Shown here: positions 56,692 through 64,000 of the stretch, piece by piece | Layout: the number at the start of each line of letters is the position of its first letter | How positions within the stretch are numbered: position 1 is the stretch's first letter | Assembly (NCBI GenBank): GCA_943788245.1 | Contig: CALSPN010000003.1 | Span: 3,548 to 67,547, forward strand | Direction: 5' to 3' | DNA from: an uncultured Verrucomicrobiae bacterium | GTDB lineage: Bacteria > Verrucomicrobiota > Verrucomicrobiia > Limisphaerales > AAA164-E04 | DNA: 64,000 bases | Program-made: the position numbers and the translations under genes | Notes under the pieces: generated by a model | Told to the model about the DNA's origin: nothing | Databases searched by the model: none | What the model saw: only the letters and a program-made list of their open reading frames with translations

Positions 56692-57606
56692 GTGAACCTT
56701 CAACTTCTCCGCACTTTTCTTTCCGTGCGCAAACATTTGAATTACACGCGTGCTGGAGAAGAGCTTTTCTTGTCTCAGCCAGCTGTTTCACGCCAGATTA
56801 AACAATTGGAAAATGAGTTTGGTGTACAGCTCATAGAACAGCTGGGGAAATCGCTTCGCTTGACCAAGGCAGGACAAACTCTTGTTGTTGAATCTGAAAT
56901 GCTTCTGGGTGCCATGGAGCGTACTAAAGAGGCAGTTCAGGCACATAGTTCTGTTGCTCAGGGGTCGCTGAGGATAGGAACCAGTTCAACACCAGGCTGC
57001 TACATGCTTCCTGAAGTATTGGGTATCTTTCATCAAAAATTCCCAGACATTGAATTACAATACATTTCCGATAATTCTCAGCGTGTTGAACAAATGATTA
57101 TTGATAATTCGTTGGACCTTGGGTTTGTAGGAGCTTTTCTATCAAATGATGACCTAAGGTCGGAGTCAGTAATGGAAGACGAGGTTGTGTGTTTTACAAG
57201 TCCCGCTCACCCTCTGGCCGATCAGCGAAGAATAACGCCACACCAGCTCAGTCAATCATTGTGCATCGTCCGCGAGAGGGGGTCCTCTACCCGAAGACTG
57301 TTCGAGTCCTGGCTCTCTGGTCAAAACGTCAAGTTAGGTAAAGTCATTGAAGTCCACTCTTCGGAGACCGTCAAAAATCTGGTGACTGCCCAGCTTGGGT
57401 TCTCCTTCATGTCTGTTCACGGTCTCAAGAATGAATTGCGAGATCATAAACTGACTATTTTGGATGTGACTTCCATGCCACTGCCGCGTCATATTTACCT
57501 TGTTCACCACGCGAAAAAGCATTTTTCTCCCATTATAAAGGCCTTTTTAGAGATATTGAAGGATACTGATCAATCCAGTGGAGCTTCAGGGCGTGCAAGA
57601 GGATAA
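56692..57606 (+). CDS. LysR-family transcriptional regulator (CysL/CmpR-like)
   Basis: NYTRAGEELFLSQPAVSRQIKQLE HTH, LTKAG, GSLRIGTS, RERGSSTR; GTG start inferred. Confidence 0.93.
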   Translation: MNLQLLRTFLSVRKHLNYTRAGEELFLSQPAVSRQIKQLENEFGVQLIEQLGKSLRLTKAGQTLVVESEMLLGAMERTKEAVQAHSSVAQGSLRIGTSSTPGCYMLPEVLGIFHQKFPDIELQYISDNSQRVEQMIIDNSLDLGFVGAFLSNDDLRSESVMEDEVVCFTSPAHPLADQRRITPHQLSQSLCIVRERGSSTRRLFESWLSGQNVKLGKVIEVHSSETVKNLVTAQLGFSFMSVHGLKNELRDHKLTILDVTSMPLPRHIYLVHHAKKHFSPIIKAFLEILKDTDQSSGASGRARG

Positions 57607-57964
57607 GTAAATTTCAATTTTAGTTTTGCCCAATTGTCACAAATTCTCCCTTCAATCGTTGCTTTCAACGAACACGTTAACCATCACGAATTTGGAGGTA
57701 ACTGATTCAGGTAAGTCCCATTGACCGAATAGAAATAGCGAGTAATGGTTCACATCAATATAACGCTGGAAATGTAAGCAAAAAAAAACGCATGATAACT
57801 ATGCAAAGAATGCGGTTTGATTATGGTTGCCTTTAGCTCTGCCAGCAGTATGATCCACAAATTAATTTCTATAAAGCATCCAGTACAATAGTAGCGTGAG
57901 CACGCCAGACATTCTCGCGCAATCGTTACAAACCAGATTTTTTTAACAACTGAAATATTCAAAT

Positions 57965-58768
57965 ATGAGTCCTTGGAATTCAACGAAACCAAATTCTCGC
58001 CTCCAAGTCAGATCTTCGCGGGGCTTCACTCTCATCGAACTGCTGGTCGTGATTGCAATCATTGCCATCCTTGCAGGCATGCTCCTTCCCGCATTGAGTC
58101 AAGCAAAGGAAAAGGCGAAAGCAACCAAGTGTATTAATAACCTGAAGCAAATCGGCTTGGCTGCCATCATGTATGCCGATGATAATAACGACGAATATTG
58201 GAATAAAAGCGGCAGTTTTCCCAATCATGGCCAGTGGACCATTAACCCGAGGTCTAACGTGCAGCTTGAAAAAGATCATGATCGTGCCTACTGGGGGATT
58301 GGCTACAAGGACTACGTTGGCAATGCTCGCTCGATTTTCAATTGTCCAAGTGCGAAACATGTCGATGAGTGGCGAGAAACAGGCCTTAAATTCCCAGCTT
58401 CGTTCTGGCTTGATTCCGCATACGGGATCAACGGCAAGTTGACAGCAGGGGGCAAAAAACCGAAGGTTTCATCTTACATCGCCCCTAACACCACTATTTT
58501 CGCCCAGGATGCTGCTGAGCAAAAAATGGAAGGTGAATCAGACTCCATAGGATTATTTCCGGGACAAAGCGAAATACTCACGCAATGGCGTGTTGGACTT
58601 GCGGGTCTCTACCCTGAGCGTGAAATGTGGCTTGAGTGGTACAGGCACAACAAACGCAACAACATTCTTTGGATTCCAGGACATGTTTCAACTGTCAGTT
58701 TCAGAGGTTTTGATGTAGGCGTTGACTACCGTTGGTACACTGGCGAACAGCCACTTCAGCAACCTTAA
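57965..58768 (+). CDS. Prepilin-type N-terminal cleavage/methylation domain protein (DUF1559-like PVC family)
   Basis: RG|[51 protein letters not shown]-terminal [12 protein letters not shown]. Confidence 0.92.
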   Translation: MSPWNSTKPNSRLQVRSSRGFTLIELLVVIAIIAILAGMLLPALSQAKEKAKATKCINNLKQIGLAAIMYADDNNDEYWNKSGSFPNHGQWTINPRSNVQLEKDHDRAYWGIGYKDYVGNARSIFNCPSAKHVDEWRETGLKFPASFWLDSAYGINGKLTAGGKKPKVSSYIAPNTTIFAQDAAEQKMEGESDSIGLFPGQSEILTQWRVGLAGLYPEREMWLEWYRHNKRNNILWIPGHVSTVSFRGFDVGVDYRWYTGEQPLQQP

Positions 58769-58785
58769 TCATTTCTCAAGCCAAA

Positions 58786-59169
58786 ATGAAGTTTTCCAAC
58801 TCTATTTCCTGTTTATTATTACTCGTCGTCTCACTTTTCATGTTTGGGTGCGGCGAAGAAAAATACACGGGCCCCGAATCGGTCAATCCCGATCAGGTCA
58901 ACACTGTGATGAACGAATCTTTTGCTGATGCATCAGAGGACGTCAAAAAAGTTGTTCAGGATTTGCTGGTCAGCTACTCAAAGAGTGAATTCACCAAGGC
59001 TTCTGCCATTATGCAGGCCTTGCTTACTCGCACGGACATTACCGATTCGCAAAGACAGATGGCCAGTCGATGCTTGATGACTGTCAATGATGAAATGCAG
59101 CGAGCCATCGCAGAAAAAGGTGACCGCAAAGCTGAACAATATCTCCGCCACCTCAACGCCACTAAATAA
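58786..59169 (+). CDS. Small helical lipoprotein
   Basis: MKFSNSISCLLLLVVSLFMFG|C lipoprotein signal from ATG 58786; mature part looks alpha-helical. Confidence 0.75.
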   Translation: MKFSNSISCLLLLVVSLFMFGCGEEKYTGPESVNPDQVNTVMNESFADASEDVKKVVQDLLVSYSKSEFTKASAIMQALLTRTDITDSQRQMASRCLMTVNDEMQRAIAEKGDRKAEQYLRHLNATK

Positions 59170-59251
59170 TTCATATTCGATTTTTTCACACAATGACATT
59201 TCCGGCCCTCAAGGCATGGAAGTACATCAATGACCCCAATATAGATAAACC

Positions 59252-62200
59252 ATGAAGACTAAGAGACTCGTAAAAAGTTCCTTCGCAGCCTTTTTGACTG
59301 CCATAGGAACCATTATCGCTGCTCAGGCCCAGGATGTAGGCTTGTGGCAGTTCAACGGCAACCTGAACAGTGCCAATGGGGGGGATCCCATTACTGAACT
59401 GTTTGTCTCAGGTGAGTTCGGAAGTACTGAATCCTTCGCAATCGGAGCAATCAACGGCGAAGTTGCTCAAGTGTTGAAATTCCCAGCAGTGACTGAGGAA
59501 GACACGGGATTTGTCATGCCTGTTTCCGGTGACGTGGCCGACCCGAATGAGTATTCGTTCATGGCTGATGTTTATTACCCGGCGGCCGCCAATTCTTCAG
59601 GCCGCGGTCTTGCTGATACAAGCCCAGACTATGCGGGTGCCGAAATCAGTGTCAATGCTAACAACGCTATTGCTGCCGGTGGTTCCAGTGGTGTGATCAA
59701 CCCGGACACCTGGCACCGGGTTATCGTCACAATTGACGGATCGAATCAATTGATTTCAAGATATGTCGATGGACGTTTGACGGGTACCAGCCCCATTTCC
59801 GGTGACGAGTTACCGTTTGGGCGTTATACCTTGGATTCACAGCTGGATATCATTCTGTTTGGTTTTACGTCTGAAGGCTACGTCAACAGTGTTCAAATCA
59901 GGGATACAGTGATTACTTCCGGTCAGGCAATCGCCCTGGGAGAAGCCACGGCCGATGGACTTCCCGAAGAACTGCCTGCCGTTCCTTCTTTCGTTGATAG
60001 CTGGACGCCATCAGGAAATGTGGCCAACCGTGATACCAACATTGGAGTTGTGCTTAATCAGGGTGATTCCACAATCGATAAAAGTTCGATTGTTTTCTCC
60101 CTCGATGGAGAGGTTCAAAGTCCTGCAGTTAGTCAATCCGGTGATGAAATCGCCGTGTCTGTCAACCGTGACTTGCCTTTCTCACCAGGCACAAAACACA
60201 CTTTAGAAGTGACCTACGCCGATGATAAAGATGGAGGGCAAACAGCAACGCATGATTTTGATGCAGCTATTTACTTTGAAGACTTTGAGGGCCTGGCTCT
60301 TGGCCCCAACCAGGACGAAGGATTGGAATCCGCCAAGGCATGGACACGTGAAGGTCCTGACGGTTGGGAAGTCGATGATAGTGGTGTTCCGGGTGCAGGA
60401 GATCCTGACGATGACGGTGTGACTGAATGGGCTGGTTGGAGCTATGCTGACCGTGATTGGTGGATTGCTGCTGCCGGTGACCAACGCCGCAGTGAATTCA
60501 ACCTTGCTCAAGGAACGGTCATGGTGGCAGATCCCGATGAATGGGATGATGCTCCCCACGCAGATTCCGAAGAAAACGGATGGTATAATACATACGCAAC
60601 CTCGCCTGCTATTTCATTGGAGGGGATTCCTGAAGGCACAGCTTTCTTGCAGTTTGCTTCCAGTTGGAGAGATGAATTCGATTCCAACTATCGTCAGACC
60701 GCTAATATTGAAATGTCGGTCGATGGGGGGGAATTTACCGAAATTCTTAGATGGGAGTCCGATCCGTCAAGCCCTAATTTCAAAGACGACGTGCCTAATG
60801 AAACAGTATTGCTCGATCTCAATAACCCAGCTGGAGCCAAGGAAGTTGTATTCAAGTTTGGTTTGTTCGATGCCGGCAACGACTGGTGGTGGGCCATTGA
60901 TAACCTTGTTGTCAATGCCGGTGTCAAACCGCCATCACTCGTTTCATCTCCTGTGGGTAAAGAAGTGGATGAAGGCAGCGATGCAGCTTTTTCTGTGACA
61001 GTGGATGGCAGTGGGCCATTCACCTACGAATGGTTCTTCAACGGAGATTCTGTTGCAACCTCTCAATCTAATGATTCAACGGATACATTGATCATTACCA
61101 GGGCAACCTCTGATGCTGCCGGTAACTATCATGTCGTCGTTTCGAACGCGGGAGGGACGACTCCTCCCAGCAATTCTGCGTTGCTCGAGGTCAGGACATC
61201 GCTTCCTGGTGCGGTAATTTTCTTTGAGGGCTTTGAAGGGCTCCCATTGGGACCGAATGTTGATGAAGGTGTGGCAGGAGACGCCGTCTGGACAGACACC
61301 CTTCCTGATGGCTGGGATCGTGTCAACGATCTACCAGGGCTGGACGATGATGAAGTAGGTGTACGCGAATGGGAGGGCTGGGCCTTCGCAGATCGTGCAT
61401 GGTGGGCTAATACCGCTGGCGACCAACGCCGCACGGAATTTCTCAAGGGAACAGGAACTATTGCGATTGCCGATGGTGACGAGTGGGATGACAAAGGCAG
61501 CCCTGCTGGCCAAGGTACGATGAACACAATGATCACCACCCCTGAGATTTCTCTTGCTGAAGTGGAGGCCGGAAGTTTATCCCTTCGTTTCAACAGCAGC
61601 TGGAGACCGGAAGTACTCCAGACGGGTTTGGTAGAAGCATCCTTTGATGGAGGAGCTCCCGTCGAAATACTACGTTTCAGCTCGCAAGATGATGAGAATT
61701 ACAAGAATCACGCACCGAACGACACCGTGACAGTGCTCATTGACCATCCTGCGGATGCCAGTTCCATGAAATTGACATTCAGTTATCTCGAGGCAGGTAA
61801 CAACTGGTGGTGGGCCATTGACAACATTGAAGTCAAAGGTGTCGTGCCCAATAATAATATTCTCTTCTCTGAGGACTTCGACGGTCTAGCCCTTGGGCCT
61901 AACGTAGATGAATCGGTAGCGGGTGATGCTGTCTGGACCAAGACTGCTCCTGCTGGTTGGTCCATCGATGATTCAGGTGTTCCTGGTGTGGGTGACCCTG
62001 CTCAGGATGGTGTGACCGAATGGGCTGGCTGGAGTTTTGCCAGCAAGGACTGGTGGGTTGAAGCTGCCGGAGATCAGCGTCGTTCAGAATTCGTAAACTC
62101 TACCGGTATCGCAGCTATTGCGGATGGTGATGAGTGGGATGATCAGGACCATGCTGAGGGCTATTTGGATACCTTCATGAGCACGGGTGCCATAGACATT

Positions 62201-63982
62201 TCATCGGCCCCTGAGCGCACATTGGAATTGAGTTTTGATTCCTCCTGGCGCCCAGAATATGACAGCTACTACCGTCAGACAGCCAACGTGACTGTTTCCT
62301 TTGATGGTGGTGCGCCAATGGAAGTCATGTTGTGGGAGTCCAACTCGGAAAGCCCCAACTTCCATGATGCCAATACCAATGAGCGTGTGGTGTTATCCGT
62401 GGCGAATCCTGCCGGAGCGCAGAGCATGGTAGTGACCTTCGGTTACTTTGATGCGGGCAATGACTGGTGGTGGGCCATCGATAACCTGCAGCTTGCCATT
62501 GGTGATCCGCAACCCGCCTCGGTTCCTGCATCCGAAGGCTTTTCCAGTCTGGTGCTTGGCCCCAATGTGGATGAGGAACTAGCCGGTGACGCTGTCTGGA
62601 CAAAAACAGCTCCATCGGGTTGGTCCATTGATGATTCAGGTGTTCCCGGAGTTGGGATTCCCGATCAGGATGGTGTGACTGAATGGGCTGGTTGGAGCTT
62701 TGCCGACAAGGACTGGTGGGCAGAAGCCACCGGTGACCAACGCCGCTCAGAATTCACCAAGGCAAGTGGAACCATTGCCATCGCTGATGGTGACGAGTGG
62801 GATGATCAGGATCATGCTGAAGGCTATCTGGACACATTCATGAGCTGGCCTCTGGATGTTTCTGGTGTTTCCGGAGCTCTTGAGCTTCGCTTTGATTCAT
62901 CATGGCGACCAGAATATGACAGCAACTACCACCAAACCGCTAATATCACCGTTTCCTTTGATGGTGGAGAGCCAATGGAAGTGATGCTTTGGGAGTCCAA
63001 CTCTGATAGTCCTAACTTTCATGATGCCAACACCAATGAGAGTGTGGTGGTCAGTCTGCCTGATTCGGCAGGCGCCAAGAGCATGGTCATCACCTTTGGC
63101 TATTTTGATGCCGGCAATGATTGGTGGTGGGCCATTGACAACCTGATGGTTTTCGAAGCCTACACCGTTGGTTCGGTAGAGGGCTTTGATGGTCTTGTTC
63201 TCGGGCCTAACGTGGATGAGGAGCTTGCTGGTGATGCTGTCTGGACCAAGACTGCACCAGGTGGTTGGTCCATCGACGATTCAGGCGTTCCTGGAGTTGG
63301 AATTCCAGATCAGGATGGTGTGACAGAATGGGCTGGGTGGAGTTTTGCCGACAAGGACTGGTGGGCACAAGCCACCGGTGATCAGCGTCGTTCAGAATTC
63401 ACCAAAGCGACTGGAACCATAGCCATCGCTGATGGTGATGAATGGGATGACCAAGATCATGCCGAAGGTTATTTGAATACCTTCATGAGCTGGCCTGTGA
63501 CTATCTCCGGCGCTGCCGAAGGAAGTCTGGAGCTTCACTTCGATTCTTCATGGCGTCCGGAATATGACAGTAATTATCATCAAACCGCGAATATCACGGT
63601 TTCTTATGACGGGGCTGACCCTGTGGAAGTGATGCTGTGGGAGTCCAACTCCGACAGTCCGAACTTCCACGACGCCAATACCAACGAATCAGTGATTGTT
63701 GCCTTGAACAACCCAGCCGGTGCAAGCAGTGCAGTGGTGACCTTTGGTTACTTCGATGCAGGCAACGACTGGTGGTGGGCCATTGACAATGTTCAGATTG
63801 TTGGGGCTGAAGGTTCAGGTATCTCCATCGCTTCAGATGGTGGACAAGTATCCATTGCTTGGGACAGCGGTGCCCTGGAATCAGCTCCAGCGGTAACTGG
63901 TCCATGGGCTCCAGTGGATGGTGCAACCAGTCCTCACACAGTGGCTGCGGATCAGAGCCAAGCTTACTTCCGTGCTCGATAA
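59252..63982 (+). CDS. Large secreted acidic protein: LamG-like, Ig-like, five Trp/Asp-rich ~210-aa repeats, Ig domain, C-terminal sorting-like domain
   Basis: Signal peptide AAQA|Q; LWQFNGNL and WHRVIVT..YVDG (LamG); FSVTVDGSGPFTYEWFFNG..DAAGNYHVVVSN (Ig); five WWWAIDN-terminated repeats; ends GPWAPV...AYFRAR. Confidence 0.88.
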   Translation: MKTKRLVKSSFAAFLTAIGTIIAAQAQDVGLWQFNGNLNSANGGDPITELFVSGEFGSTESFAIGAINGEVAQVLKFPAVTEEDTGFVMPVSGDVADPNEYSFMADVYYPAAANSSGRGLADTSPDYAGAEISVNANNAIAAGGSSGVINPDTWHRVIVTIDGSNQLISRYVDGRLTGTSPISGDELPFGRYTLDSQLDIILFGFTSEGYVNSVQIRDTVITSGQAIALGEATADGLPEELPAVPSFVDSWTPSGNVANRDTNIGVVLNQGDSTIDKSSIVFSLDGEVQSPAVSQSGDEIAVSVNRDLPFSPGTKHTLEVTYADDKDGGQTATHDFDAAIYFEDFEGLALGPNQDEGLESAKAWTREGPDGWEVDDSGVPGAGDPDDDGVTEWAGWSYADRDWWIAAAGDQRRSEFNLAQGTVMVADPDEWDDAPHADSEENGWYNTYATSPAISLEGIPEGTAFLQFASSWRDEFDSNYRQTANIEMSVDGGEFTEILRWESDPSSPNFKDDVPNETVLLDLNNPAGAKEVVFKFGLFDAGNDWWWAIDNLVVNAGVKPPSLVSSPVGKEVDEGSDAAFSVTVDGSGPFTYEWFFNGDSVATSQSNDSTDTLIITRATSDAAGNYHVVVSNAGGTTPPSNSALLEVRTSLPGAVIFFEGFEGLPLGPNVDEGVAGDAVWTDTLPDGWDRVNDLPGLDDDEVGVREWEGWAFADRAWWANTAGDQRRTEFLKGTGTIAIADGDEWDDKGSPAGQGTMNTMITTPEISLAEVEAGSLSLRFNSSWRPEVLQTGLVEASFDGGAPVEILRFSSQDDENYKNHAPNDTVTVLIDHPADASSMKLTFSYLEAGNNWWWAIDNIEVKGVVPNNNILFSEDFDGLALGPNVDESVAGDAVWTKTAPAGWSIDDSGVPGVGDPAQDGVTEWAGWSFASKDWWVEAAGDQRRSEFVNSTGIAAIADGDEWDDQDHAEGYLDTFMSTGAIDISSAPERTLELSFDSSWRPEYDSYYRQTANVTVSFDGGAPMEVMLWESNSESPNFHDANTNERVVLSVANPAGAQSMVVTFGYFDAGNDWWWAIDNLQLAIGDPQPASVPASEGFSSLVLGPNVDEELAGDAVWTKTAPSGWSIDDSGVPGVGIPDQDGVTEWAGWSFADKDWWAEATGDQRRSEFTKASGTIAIADGDEWDDQDHAEGYLDTFMSWPLDVSGVSGALELRFDSSWRPEYDSNYHQTANITVSFDGGEPMEVMLWESNSDSPNFHDANTNESVVVSLPDSAGAKSMVITFGYFDAGNDWWWAIDNLMVFEAYTVGSVEGFDGLVLGPNVDEELAGDAVWTKTAPGGWSIDDSGVPGVGIPDQDGVTEWAGWSFADKDWWAQATGDQRRSEFTKATGTIAIADGDEWDDQDHAEGYLNTFMSWPVTISGAAEGSLELHFDSSWRPEYDSNYHQTANITVSYDGADPVEVMLWESNSDSPNFHDANTNESVIVALNNPAGASSAVVTFGYFDAGNDWWWAIDNVQIVGAEGSGISIASDGGQVSIAWDSGALESAPAVTGPWAPVDGATSPHTVAADQSQAYFRAR
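60270..63800 (+). repeat. Five intragenic domain repeats (~630 bp each): ~60270-60912, ~61220-61835, ~61865-62495, ~62530-63150, ~63175-63800
   Basis: Each has LGPNxDE, GVxEWxGW, AGDQRR or TGDQRR, DEWDD, SSWR and AGN(D/N)WWWAIDN; boundaries approximate. Confidence 0.9.
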
Positions 63983-64000
63983 GAGTAGAAAACAGAATCA

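Noticed and set aside
57748-57805. Pho-box-like (GTTCACA..TATAACG) and LysR-like (GCAT-N7-ATGC) motifs upstream of the pilin cassette
   Set aside because: Too degenerate for an AT-rich region to support without comparative data.
60270-63800. Possible CRISPR or non-coding repeat array
   Set aside because: Repeats are ~630-bp in-frame protein domains with synonymous variation; no short repeat-spacer structure and no cas genes anywhere in the window.

Overview
64-kb chromosomal window from a Verrucomicrobiota bacterium. The 16S 5' end reads GGCGGCGTGGATAAGAC, a PVC small basic protein is present, and there are DUF1553 cytochrome and prepilin-like genes. The large-protein repertoire suggests subdivision 3 (Pedosphaerales/Limisphaerales), which is inference. 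Housekeeping content: ilvN-ilvC, UbiD-family decarboxylase, lone nuoA, PGM/PMM, RlmI-like methyltransferase, RNase D, acyl-CoA ligase, dnaX-ybaB-recR, a complete rRNA operon (16S-tRNA-Ala-tRNA-Ile-23S-5S) and tRNA-Gln. Envelope and accessory content: a 2428-aa LamG/discoidin/lamin-tail/CotH protein, a tandem active plus catalytically dead Deg/HtrA pair, an ABC module, two PQQ-like propellers, transporters and peptidases. The window ends with a cassette of prepilin-like protein, small lipoprotein and a 1576-aa secreted protein carrying five copies of a Trp/Asp-rich ~210-aa domain. Six genes are split, each by a single extra base in a homopolymer run, most likely long-read assembly error. No CRISPR array, transposase or integrase was seen. 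Best novelty candidates: the pilin/lipoprotein/repeat-protein cassette with a shared C-terminal sorting-like motif, the protease/pseudoprotease pair, and widespread apparent leaderless promoters. All family calls are from motif recognition by eye, not database searches.
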